From Sulfobacillus sp. (GTDB taxonomy: Bacteria; Bacillota; Sulfobacillia; Sulfobacillales; Sulfobacillaceae): a DNA stretch of 64,000 nt. A program made the translations under genes and the position numbers. A model generated the notes under the pieces. It searched no databases and had not been told where the DNA came from. It worked only from the letters and a program-made list of their open reading frames with translations. The stretch is from the NCBI GenBank assembly GCA_027344105.1, contig DAHWJO010000001.1, positions 10,939-74,938 of the forward strand, read 5' to 3'. Position 1 is the first letter of the stretch; each line of letters starts with the position of its first letter. Shown in pieces: positions 44,667-53,562 of the stretch.

Positions 44667-45356
44667 GTGAAGCAAAGTCGAGTCATTCTCATTAACGTGT
44701 TGATCATTGTGGCTTTAATATTGATAGGGGGGATTGTCGCCTATTACTGGACCCAGAGCTACGACTACGTGTCGACGCAGGACGCGGCGATTTCTGCCCC
44801 TACCATTCCTATTGCCGCGCAAAGCAACGGAACGGTGCAAGACTTGTCAGTGGCCGTCGGCCAGCGGGTCAGCCAGGGCCAGACGATTGCGCAAGAGACG
44901 GTGGCGGCAGCACCGGTCACCACCGCCAAGGGGAGCAAGACCACAGCGGCTGCGGGCACGACCCTCATCAACATCACAGCGCCAGTCGCCGGCTACGTGG
45001 CTAACGTCTCTGTGGCAAACGGGCAGGCCGTGGCTGCGGGAACGCCGCTCTTCACATTGGTCCAGCTCTCGAAGGTCAATGTGATCGCGAACATTCCGGA
45101 AACAAAAATTCGGAACGTATCCGTGGGGCAGAGCGCGACGATCTACGTGGATGCGCACCCAGGAGTGTCGTTTACCGGCACCGTCGAAGCGATGCAGCCT
45201 ACCACGCAGTCATTCTTTTCGCTGATTCCCACCGCGGCCACGTCGGGAACCTATACCAAAGTCACGCAGCGGGTGCCGGTGGAACTGTCCATTGACGCGG
45301 CGGGCTATTCCCTGCTGCCCGGCGAAGATGCAGAAGTGCGGATTACCATTCATTAA
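44667..45356 (+). CDS. Short EmrA/HlyD-type adaptor 2
   Basis: YVSTQDA, ITAPVAG, GTYTKVTQRVPV, LLPG. Confidence 0.9.
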   Translation: MKQSRVILINVLIIVALILIGGIVAYYWTQSYDYVSTQDAAISAPTIPIAAQSNGTVQDLSVAVGQRVSQGQTIAQETVAAAPVTTAKGSKTTAAAGTTLINITAPVAGYVANVSVANGQAVAAGTPLFTLVQLSKVNVIANIPETKIRNVSVGQSATIYVDAHPGVSFTGTVEAMQPTTQSFFSLIPTAATSGTYTKVTQRVPVELSIDAAGYSLLPGEDAEVRITIH

Positions 45357-45416
45357 CGGGGAAACCTCTAGCCACCGTGCCGCCGGAACCCTATGATGAA
45401 AGCGAGGAGGCGGGCT

Positions 45417-46271
45417 ATGCGCATTCTGATCACAGGGGGGACCGGTTATCTCGGGCAGGCCGTGGAGCAGGCTTTGCACCGCCATCATCACGACGTTGTC
45501 GTGCTCGCCCGGCGCTGCCCAGCGGCGCGGGTGGAGGGGTGCGTGGCCGGGGATATCAGTACGGCGGACCTCTCCCGCCTGTTCCAGGGATTCGACGGTG
45601 TGGTGCATCTTGTTGGCATCATCCAGGAACACCGCTCGCAGGGGATTACGTTTGATAAGATTCACCGCCAGGCAACGAAACGCGTGGTGGACGCCATCGC
45701 GGGGGCCGGGGTGCCGCGGCTTGTGCATATGTCTGCGCTGGGCACGCGCGAAGGCGCCGCCAGCCAGTACCACCTGACCAAATGGCAGGCTGAGCAGTAT
45801 GTTCGGGCCTCCTCGTCACAGTGGACTATTCTGCGGCCTTCCCTGCTGTTTGGGGGAGGGTCTCCTTTTTTTGCGACCCTTGAGAGTCAGGTCCGGTGGC
45901 CACTCGTGCCCGTTCCCGGGTCGGGAAAAACCCTGTTCCAGCCAGTGGCCAGAGACGATGTGGCGGAGCTTGTCGCCCAATTGGTTGAGGGATCCCAGGC
46001 AGTCGGGCAGACATGGGAGGTGGGGGGGCCCGACCGCTATAGCCTGAATGCGCTGTACCGCCGTGTGGCACTGGCGGTGGGGCGTGACAATCTATCTTTG
46101 GCGCACATTCCCCTCGGTGCCCTGATGCTGGCCGCACGACTTGGACAGAATGTGCCTGGGTTCCCCGTCAGCGTGGACCAACTCCTGATGCTCAATGAGC
46201 CGAATATCACCAGCGATGAGAGGTGGCGGCAACTGGTCCCGGAGGCGCGCAAGATGGGGACGGATCTTTAA
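45417..46271 (+). CDS. Atypical SDR / NAD-dependent epimerase (NDUFA9-like)
   Basis: ITGGTGYLG, HLVGII, YHLTK, LRPSL. Confidence 0.9.
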   Translation: MRILITGGTGYLGQAVEQALHRHHHDVVVLARRCPAARVEGCVAGDISTADLSRLFQGFDGVVHLVGIIQEHRSQGITFDKIHRQATKRVVDAIAGAGVPRLVHMSALGTREGAASQYHLTKWQAEQYVRASSSQWTILRPSLLFGGGSPFFATLESQVRWPLVPVPGSGKTLFQPVARDDVAELVAQLVEGSQAVGQTWEVGGPDRYSLNALYRRVALAVGRDNLSLAHIPLGALMLAARLGQNVPGFPVSVDQLLMLNEPNITSDERWRQLVPEARKMGTDL

Positions 46272-46296
46272 AACCGGGGCGCATGCCCATCATTTC

Positions 46297-46725
46297 TCAA
46301 AGGAACTCTCTTTGGTGATCGAGCAGGTGGTCGATTTTGGTATGGCCGTAGTAGTCGAGCCACGAAGGAAAAGGGGCATGGCAGTCGGGGCACGTGCGAA
46401 ACGCCCGGGCCGGAAACAGCTTGTGCGCCTGAGCCTCGTCATCGGGAGTGGCCAGAGCCCCGTTGATGCCAATGGTGAGCAGGGCCAAAGCCCGCTGGTA
46501 GAGGAGCGGTCCGTAGCCCCTGTGGTCAGTGACAAACAGCTCCCAGTAAACCACCGCGCCGTCTGACACCCGGTAGAATGGATAAAGGGTCGGAACGCGG
46601 GGGACCGTCCAACTCACGTCAAGATGGTGATGGACCATCTCCGCCAAGCTGGGGCTGCTCAAAGAGGCCTCGACAAGAGTATTGACGAGTTTGCGCAGTG
46701 AATAGGTTGCCAACATTTTTCTCAT
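46297..46725 (-). CDS. Hypothetical protein with C-terminal classical C2H2 zinc finger
   Basis: Start ATG 46725 after SD AGAGGA; CPDC-HAP-F-PSWLD-Y-YG-H-TKID-H. Confidence 0.75.
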   Translation of the reverse strand: MRKMLATYSLRKLVNTLVEASLSSPSLAEMVHHHLDVSWTVPRVPTLYPFYRVSDGAVVYWELFVTDHRGYGPLLYQRALALLTIGINGALATPDDEAQAHKLFPARAFRTCPDCHAPFPSWLDYYGHTKIDHLLDHQREFL

Positions 46726-47003
46726 GGCCGTTCCTCTCTTTCTTTGGGAGTGCGGCGTTGCCGCAACAAGGACAGGGCAATTCGCCGGGGAGCGCATTTT
46801 CCACCAATATACGAAACGATGGGCTGCCTGATGATCACCCCCCTCTTTTTACCAATGAGCAAGATGCCACCGATTAGAAGCCGTGAAGGCCGGTTCCCAC
46901 CCATTGCTGCGGAGAACCCCGTCGCACTGTCTTGCGGGCGCGCCATATAATAGTGGCAGAACAGCATGGAGAAGGCAGTACATTGCAATGGGGGGGAGCG
47001 CTG

Positions 47004-47627
47004 ATGACATCCCGGCAAGCTTTAGTGAAGAGCGCCCAGCGCTGGGAGACCGCTTCGGCGATCTGGATGGTGCTGGAGGCGGCAGGCGCTCTCACCGCGG
47101 GTTGGCGGTCCCATTCGGTGGCGCTGGGAGGATTTGGGGCTGACAGCTTGATTGAGCTGCTGTCAGCCGGGGTTCTTCTTTGGCGTCTGCACCGGGAACT
47201 GGTTGCGCCCGACTCTGAAGACGCTGGGCGAGTTGAGCGCCAGGCGGCGCGGGTTTCTCTTTTTCTGCTGACTATTCTGGCCGCCGTTCTGGTGATATCC
47301 GCCGCCGCAGCCTTTTGGCGTCATATCCCGGAGAGTCCCTCCCCGCTCGGTCTGATGATCACCGCCGTGTCGAGCGTGCTCATGATCGTGTTTGCCCGCG
47401 CGAAGCGGCGCTTGGGCATTGCGCTGGGGAGCCAGGCACTGCAGGCGGACGCGGTGGAAGGCTGGGTCTGCGCCTACATGGCCTGGGCTGCATTGGGCGG
47501 TACGGCTGCGGTCATGCTGTTTCACTGGGGTTGGGCAGATTCCTTGGCCGCGCTGCTCATTGCCTATTGGGTAGGCAAAGAAGTGTGGGAGATCCGCGAA
47601 GAGCTTGAAGAAAAAAAGCCAGAGTGA
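47004..47627 (+). CDS. CDF-family cation efflux protein lacking the C-terminal domain (TMEM163-like)
   Basis: GFGADSLIELLSA and LQADAVEGWVC metal-site helices, WGWAD; about 6 TM. Confidence 0.8.
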   Translation: MTSRQALVKSAQRWETASAIWMVLEAAGALTAGWRSHSVALGGFGADSLIELLSAGVLLWRLHRELVAPDSEDAGRVERQAARVSLFLLTILAAVLVISAAAAFWRHIPESPSPLGLMITAVSSVLMIVFARAKRRLGIALGSQALQADAVEGWVCAYMAWAALGGTAAVMLFHWGWADSLAALLIAYWVGKEVWEIREELEEKKPE

Positions 47628-47650
47628 GCCGTCCGGGCCGCCTGCTGGTG

Positions 47651-48346
47651 TCAGGAAGTGGGCCCGGACACTCCGGTCCCCCGTGTGGCGATATCTTGGA
47701 TTCTGGCCAGACTTTGCTTCCAGTTGACTTCAATGCACCGGACTGCTTCAGCCGCGTCGCGGCGGCGCAGGGCTTCTAGAATCGCATCATGTTCGGCTAA
47801 AGACTCACGCGATGACCACATCTCGTGGTAATAGGCGATTTCCACGCGGGACAGAGACGTCTTGAGTTGCCTCAAGGTCGCGCTAAGTTCAGGATTGCCC
47901 GCCTTATCAATGAACACGCGGTGAAAGAGGTCATCCGCTGAAGCGGCCAGGACGGCGTCGCGATCTTGAATAGCCTGGCTCAGCTGCTGATTGTATTGCT
48001 CCATTTGGGAGAAATCTTGGGAACTCCAGTCATCCAGAGAATTGACTGTGATGGAATAACTTTCCAACGTCCATATGATCGGGTAGCGGCGCATGACGCC
48101 TTCGATGTCGAGGGGAGCCACCTGGGTCCAGCGATTGGCTTTTGTGACGACCAGGCCTTCGGTTTCCAGGCGGAGCAGGGATTCCCGCACGGGAGTGCGG
48201 CTGACGCCGAACTCCTGGGCCAGTTCCTGATCGCGCAGAAATGTGCCCGGAGCCAAGTGGCCTTCAATGATCCACTGGCGCAGGCGCTGGTATACGGAAT
48301 CATTGACAAAACGGCGCCCAATAGGGCCGTCGTGGCGTGCGGTCAT
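47651..48346 (-). CDS. GntR-family regulator (FCD domain)
   Basis: LAQEFGVSRTPVRESL, D..FH, EHDAIL. Confidence 0.95.
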   Translation of the reverse strand: MTARHDGPIGRRFVNDSVYQRLRQWIIEGHLAPGTFLRDQELAQEFGVSRTPVRESLLRLETEGLVVTKANRWTQVAPLDIEGVMRRYPIIWTLESYSITVNSLDDWSSQDFSQMEQYNQQLSQAIQDRDAVLAASADDLFHRVFIDKAGNPELSATLRQLKTSLSRVEIAYYHEMWSSRESLAEHDAILEALRRRDAAEAVRCIEVNWKQSLARIQDIATRGTGVSGPTS

Positions 48347-48377
48347 TGCTCGGAGCCTCCCCGGTAGTTCAATGTGT

Positions 48378-48388
48378 TATACCGTATA
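48378..48388. promoter_or_regulatory. Candidate GntR operator
   Basis: Palindrome TATAC-C-GTATA 32 bp upstream of gntR. Confidence 0.45.
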
Positions 48389-48521
48389 TCACCTGTCCCG
48401 TGCCAGTCAAGACGGGCACAACCCGGTAATGGGCAGGGCCTGAACTGGGAGGGGGCCGGAGGGAGTTTCATGTCCTGCCTAACTGAAATTCCCCCGCATC
48501 CCCAATTTCCGGTCTTGCTGT

Positions 48522-49418
48522 TTAGGGCAGATCTTCCGCAATCTCGCCATAGGTGTCTGTGCGCCTGTCCCGGTAAAACTGCCAGTGCTCGCGCGCCTGC
48601 CGTATTTGCGACAGGTCCAGATCTGCTGTCACCAATGCATCGTGATTGCGCGGACCCTGCGCTACCGTCCGGCCCTCAGGGTCGCAGAAATAGCTCTCGC
48701 CGAAAAATTCGCCAATATTCCAGGGAGATTCCTCCCCGACGCGATTCAAAGCGCCCACAAAATAGCCATTAGCGATGGCGTGCGCCGCTTGTTCGATATG
48801 CCAGAGATGGTCGGCATGGCCAGCGGTAGTGGCGGAAGGGTTAAAGACGATCTCGGCGCCGTGCAATCCCAAAATGCGGGCGCCTTCCGGAAAGTGGCGG
48901 TCATAGCAGATATAGACACCGATTTTTCCCCACTGCGTGTCAAAAACCGGGTAGCCTAAATTGCCGGGCCGAAAGTAGAATTTTTCCCAAAATCCGTAGG
49001 CCCCTGGAGCGCTGCCGTGAACCTGAGGAATGTGGATCTTTCGGAACTTGCCCAGGTAGGTGCCGTCGGCGTCGATAACGGCTGCGGTATTGTAATAGAC
49101 CCCGGCCATGGCTTCCTCATACAGGGGAACGATCAGCACCATGCGGTAGTTTTTGGCCAGAGTCTTCATCAAAGTCACGGTGGGGCCATCTGGCACGGCT
49201 TCAGCCGCTTGGTACCACCGCCTGTCCTGTTCGGCCGCAAAGTAAGGGGCAAAGAACAGCTCCTGCAGGCATAAGACATTGACAGACTGAGCGGCGGCTT
49301 TCTTTATCCACTCTACGTGTTTTTCAATGGCAGCCTCCTTATGGACTGCGATATCCAGCTCTCCAGGCAATTCGTGATGCAACTGCAAGAGCCCTGCGCG
49401 CACTATCATCTGTTGCAC
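48522..49418 (-). CDS. Nitrilase-superfamily hydrolase, beta-ureidopropionase-like
   Basis: Glu-Lys-Cys triad (LQELF, RKIHIP, ICYDRHFPE); FWEKFYFRPGN, FYRDRR. Confidence 0.9.
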   Translation of the reverse strand: MQQMIVRAGLLQLHHELPGELDIAVHKEAAIEKHVEWIKKAAAQSVNVLCLQELFFAPYFAAEQDRRWYQAAEAVPDGPTVTLMKTLAKNYRMVLIVPLYEEAMAGVYYNTAAVIDADGTYLGKFRKIHIPQVHGSAPGAYGFWEKFYFRPGNLGYPVFDTQWGKIGVYICYDRHFPEGARILGLHGAEIVFNPSATTAGHADHLWHIEQAAHAIANGYFVGALNRVGEESPWNIGEFFGESYFCDPEGRTVAQGPRNHDALVTADLDLSQIRQAREHWQFYRDRRTDTYGEIAEDLP

Positions 49419-49424
49419 TCCTCC

Positions 49425-49463
49425 ATTGATTTCGTATAGTATGTAGTATATTATACGATCAAT
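49425..49463. promoter_or_regulatory. Inverted repeat in the divergent promoter region
   Basis: TCGTATA-N13-TATACGA flanked by ATTGA/TCAAT. Confidence 0.5.
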
Positions 49464-49496
49464 CTCACTTAATCAAGGTCGAGGCAAAGGAGTCGG

Positions 49497-50717
49497 GTGC
49501 ATATGGCCAACACGGTGGAATGGATAGAGAACGTCCAGGCAGACTATCAGGATGTGCCGCTACTGGCGCATCTCACCCCTGCCATTGCGGAAGAAATCTT
49601 GGCTTACCACCGCACGTGGCCGGAATACCGGGAAACGCCGATGCATAGCCTGCCGCATCTGGCGGCTTATGCGGGGGTACGCAGCATTTATGTCAAAGAC
49701 GAAGCCAAGCGGTTTGGGATTCACTCATTTAAGATACTGGGTGGCACTTGGGCCGTTGCCCGCGCCTTGGCTGAACGCTGGCGTTTAGAAAGCCCTGTGA
49801 GCGCAAGCTCCCTAAAAGCCGCTGCGTCGTGGGCGCCTTGCGTGACCCTGGCGGCGGCCAGTGACGGAAATCACGGCATGGGAGTGGCGTGGACAGCCCG
49901 GGAACTCGGTCAGCGGGCGGTGATCTTTTTGCCTGCTGGCACCCGTTCGTCCCGTGTCGAGCGAATTGCTGCGCTGGGTGCCGAAGTGCATGTGACCGAC
50001 ATGAACTATGACGACACCGTGCAGCATGTGGCCCAGCAAGCCGCTGAGCACGGCTGGCTGCTGATCCAAGACACCTCGTGGCCAGGCTATGAGCAGATAC
50101 CCCGGTGGGTGACTCAAGGATACCTGAGCATGGCTCTGGAAGCTTTCCAGCAGTTGGGTGCCCAGGGGATGGAACCTCCCACGCACGTGATTTTGCAGGC
50201 AGGAGTGGGTTCCCTGGCCGCTGCCGTCACGGGGTTTTACGCGAATCGCTATGGGGCTGCCAACTGCCCCACCATTCTCATCGCCGAGCCAACCCTGGCG
50301 CCGGCGCTGTTGGAGTCGGCCCGCAGGTCAGATGGCCAGCTGGCAAAAATCGGGGGCCCGATGGAAACAGTGATGGCCGGGCTGGCCTGTGGGGAGCCTA
50401 ATCCCTTGGCGTGGCCGCTGCTGCGATCATGGGCCGGTTTCTTTGTGGCGTGCTCCGATTCTGTTGCCGCGCGCGGGACCCGCATTCTCTCCAATCCCCT
50501 TGGGGAGGATCCCAGAATTTTGGCCGGAGAGTCTGGAAGCATGCCGCTGGGCCTCTTGGTGTCGCTCATGGATGACCCGCGCTTCCATAAAGCCCGCGAG
50601 GCTTTTCGCCTGACATCCCAGTCGCGAATTCTCCTCTTCAATACCGAAGGCATCCCGGATCCCGGGCTGTTCTTGGATATTGTCTGGAACGGGGACTATT
50701 GCGCTGAACCAAAATAG
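49497..50717 (+). CDS. dpaL: Diaminopropionate ammonia-lyase (PLP)
   Basis: KDEA.RFG..SFKILGG, ASDGNHG, QDTSW.GY, QAGVGS, MAGLACGEP, GESG. Confidence 0.92.
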   Translation: MHMANTVEWIENVQADYQDVPLLAHLTPAIAEEILAYHRTWPEYRETPMHSLPHLAAYAGVRSIYVKDEAKRFGIHSFKILGGTWAVARALAERWRLESPVSASSLKAAASWAPCVTLAAASDGNHGMGVAWTARELGQRAVIFLPAGTRSSRVERIAALGAEVHVTDMNYDDTVQHVAQQAAEHGWLLIQDTSWPGYEQIPRWVTQGYLSMALEAFQQLGAQGMEPPTHVILQAGVGSLAAAVTGFYANRYGAANCPTILIAEPTLAPALLESARRSDGQLAKIGGPMETVMAGLACGEPNPLAWPLLRSWAGFFVACSDSVAARGTRILSNPLGEDPRILAGESGSMPLGLLVSLMDDPRFHKAREAFRLTSQSRILLFNTEGIPDPGLFLDIVWNGDYCAEPK

Positions 50718-50887
50718 CCGGGCCGCAGAAGTGCCAGAGTCTAAGATTAGGCTGCGGGCGCGACTGATGAACTGGCACTTGGCCCCGTACGGCCGGATGG
50801 AGCCAAGAGGCTGACGGGATGTTCGGGGCCGGAATCGGGCCAGGGAATTCCAGCCACCGCGGAGTGTCTGCGACAGGTGATCTGTCC

Positions 50888-50916
50888 TTGACATTAGACC
50901 AGCGAGCCCGTAAAAT
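50888..50916 (+). promoter_or_regulatory. sigma-A promoter of rplM-rpsI
   Basis: TTGACA-17bp-TAAAAT. Confidence 0.85.
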
Positions 50917-50972
50917 ACTAATGTTCGGTTGTCGGCAGTGTCGCCGGCACACAGAGGTAGGAGGTAAATTTC

Positions 50973-51407
50973 ATGTCCACTTATATGGCCCGGTCTCAAG
51001 ACGTTGATCGCAACTGGTATGTGATTGACGCCGCCGGATTGCCGCTGGGTCGTGTTGCTACTGTTGCAGCAACATTGCTTCGCGGAAAGCATAAACCCAC
51101 ATATACCCCTCATGTTGATACAGGTGATTATGTGATCATTGTCAACGCTTCAACAGTACTATTGACTGGCCGCAAGCTGGATCAAAAAATTTATTTTCAT
51201 CATTCCGGGTACTTGGGCGGATTGAAGCGGACTGTCTACCGCCAGTTAATGCAAAAGAAACCCGCTTTCGTTATGGAAAAAGCCGTGCGCGGAATGCTTC
51301 CGCATAACCGTCTCGGTCGGGCGATGTACAAGAAGCTCAAAGTGTACGCACAGGGAGAACATCCTCACAGCGCACAGCAGCCGCAAGTATGGGAGGTTAA
51401 AATTTAA
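50973..51407 (+). CDS. rplM: 50S ribosomal protein L13
   Basis: [21 protein letters not shown]. Confidence 0.99.
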   Translation: MSTYMARSQDVDRNWYVIDAAGLPLGRVATVAATLLRGKHKPTYTPHVDTGDYVIIVNASTVLLTGRKLDQKIYFHHSGYLGGLKRTVYRQLMQKKPAFVMEKAVRGMLPHNRLGRAMYKKLKVYAQGEHPHSAQQPQVWEVKI

Positions 51408-51799
51408 TGGCAGTTGCGCAATTCTGGGGAACAGGACGCCGCAAGAATGCCGTTGCGCGTGTTCGCTTGGTGCCAGGCACCGGCAGGGTTTTAATTAATG
51501 GGCGGGCGATGGAGGACTATTTTCCGCTTTTGACATTGCAAAAAGGGATAATGGCTCCTCTTAATTCGGTAGAGCTGGTAGGGCGGTTTGATGTCCTCGT
51601 GCGGGTTGAGGGTGGCGGGGTGTCGGGACAGGCTGGCGCGGTGCGTCACGGGATTGCGCGCGCTCTTCTGTTGGTCGATACGAATTTACGTGTATCTTTG
51701 AAGCAGCGGGGATTCTTAACACGGGACCCGCGTATGAAGGAACGGCGGAAATATGGATTGAAGAAGGCACGGAAAGCTCCGCAATTCTCAAAACGCTAA
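51407..51799 (+). CDS. rpsI: 30S ribosomal protein S9
   Basis: [18 protein letters not shown]. Confidence 0.99.
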   Translation: MAVAQFWGTGRRKNAVARVRLVPGTGRVLINGRAMEDYFPLLTLQKGIMAPLNSVELVGRFDVLVRVEGGGVSGQAGAVRHGIARALLLVDTNLRVSLKQRGFLTRDPRMKERRKYGLKKARKAPQFSKR

Positions 51800-51824
51800 A
51801 AAAGCCCTTTTGGGGGCTTTTTTT
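51798..51824 (+). terminator. Intrinsic terminator after rpsI
   Basis: AAAAAAGCCC...GGGCTTTTTTT. Confidence 0.85.
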
Positions 51825-51852
51825 ATTGCCGGTGAGTGGACGCGCATCATCG

Positions 51853-51890
51853 AAAAAGCCCGGGGCGCAGATGCATGCCTCGGGCTTTTT
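51853..51890 (-). terminator. Terminator for the HTH-TPR gene
   Basis: AAAAAGCCCGGGG...CTCGGGCTTTTT. Confidence 0.75.
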
Positions 51891-51904
51891 GGGAAGCCGG
51901 AAAG

Positions 51905-53233
51905 TCAGCTGATGCCGACGCCAACCAGTTCGGGCGCCGAAATGACAGGAAGGCGGGGAGTGAATTTCCGCGGTTCCGACGCGTCATTGCCGGCATCGCT
52001 CAAATGTGCCCATAAATGCGTGAGCGCATGGGCATCGCCTAATTGGCTCTGCACAATATAATATTCACATTGCAGGTCGCGCTGCCCGCTGGACGGGGCT
52101 ATGGCCAAGGCGCGGCTTAAATAATCTTTAGCCAGTGCGAAATCCTCTACCGCCACTGCCCGGCGGGCGAGAACCCTCAAAGCAAAGATTTTTGTGTCCT
52201 GCCAGGGCCAACTGTCCGGGGCGTTCAGCACGCGCGTGGCATAGCGGTCCAGAACAATTTCAGAGTCAGCGGTGCGCAGCAGCCCTTCCAAAATCACCGC
52301 CTGCCCTTCTTGAAAATGCACGCGGTCGAATACCGCCAGCGAGGACTCCAGCAACTCCCTGGCTTTCTCGCCACGCCCCAAGTCCGTCAGCACCTGCGCG
52401 ATGTCCGCTTGAAGCGCTGCGCGCTCTTCATTGCCGCGTATCTCCGGCAAAAGGGTCAGGGCTTCCTCAATAGCACCAGCAGCTTCCGGCTGGTGCCCCA
52501 GACGCCATTCGGCCGCGGCAATCCGGGTTAGCAGTTCTGCGCGCCGGGGAGGGCTGATGAGTTTCTGCGGCTCGTCTAAGGCTGTGCGGTACAGTTCCAG
52601 GGATGAGACCCACTGTCTTTGGCTGTAACAGAAGTCGCCGTAATGCTGGGCGGCCTCGGCGCGAATATTCGGCCCCTCGCGCGTCGTCAGCCGCTCCGCA
52701 TATTCTAGAGCCTGCTGAAATGAATTCATGGCTTTGTGAAAAGAGCCGTGGCGCGCCGCGGCCATCCCCAAAGTGTTGGCGATTTCAATGGCTTGCACAG
52801 GATGGTCATCCGGGTGGATGAGCAGGAGACTCTCTTCGAGGTGAGCCAGTGCGGCATCGAGATTGCCCTGCGACATTTCCAGCCTGCCCATCGTCGCTTT
52901 AATGCGGGCGAGAATGTCCTCGCGCCCCGTCCGTTCCGCCAAGGTCAAGGCCTCTTGCAGTCCGAGCATGCCGTCTTCAAGACGTCCGCTGTTCCATAAT
53001 GCCTGGGCGGCTTTCAGCAGCACTTCGATGGTGCGCATATCGTCACCGTTCTCCAAAAAGAATCCCAAGGGTTTGCCCAGGCGACCGGCCATGATATCCA
53101 AGGCTTTGTGGGATGGATGGATACGGCCCAACTCAACTTGACTTACATAACTTTTGGTCAACTCGTCGCCTGCGAGCTGCTCTTGAGTTAACCCCAGCTT
53201 CTTTCTCAGGTCACGGATCTTTGTACCCACCAT
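51905..53233 (-). CDS. XRE HTH + TPR regulator (RRNPP-like architecture)
   Basis: KIRDLRKKLGLTQEQLA...SYVSQVELG N-terminus followed by TPR-like helical repeats. Confidence 0.9.
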   Translation of the reverse strand: MVGTKIRDLRKKLGLTQEQLAGDELTKSYVSQVELGRIHPSHKALDIMAGRLGKPLGFFLENGDDMRTIEVLLKAAQALWNSGRLEDGMLGLQEALTLAERTGREDILARIKATMGRLEMSQGNLDAALAHLEESLLLIHPDDHPVQAIEIANTLGMAAARHGSFHKAMNSFQQALEYAERLTTREGPNIRAEAAQHYGDFCYSQRQWVSSLELYRTALDEPQKLISPPRRAELLTRIAAAEWRLGHQPEAAGAIEEALTLLPEIRGNEERAALQADIAQVLTDLGRGEKARELLESSLAVFDRVHFQEGQAVILEGLLRTADSEIVLDRYATRVLNAPDSWPWQDTKIFALRVLARRAVAVEDFALAKDYLSRALAIAPSSGQRDLQCEYYIVQSQLGDAHALTHLWAHLSDAGNDASEPRKFTPRLPVISAPELVGVGIS

Positions 53234-53562
53234 AATTCATCCCTCCTAGATGATAATGTACCACAAGTAAAACAAATAAACATCAGCGTGAGGGCCAAGA
53301 TCTACTAAAAACTTCTGTGATGTCAAATAAGTGAAGTGATTGGGTGCGGTTTTATATCGAAGTTACTTAACTAAACTGCGTACCGAGCAGGGTGATTGCT
53401 GTAGGCGGATAGAACTAGGCAATAGATACCTGACAAAATTTCTCGTGTATATTCCGCGGCCATTCATAGTCTCCGACCATCTCGCTCACACTACCCGCAG
53501 GGCGCCGAATATCAATAGCCAGAAAAAGAGGATAAGGATCCAACAGGAACAGGGGGAAAGAT

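Noticed and set aside
53446-53476. sigma-E promoter for cwlD (CATAGTCT -10-like)
   Set aside because: The -35-like TATATT is only 11 nt away rather than about 14; not supportable.
53234-53562. Cognate quorum-sensing peptide gene for the HTH-TPR protein
   Set aside because: No short ORF with SD and signal peptide was found on either strand.
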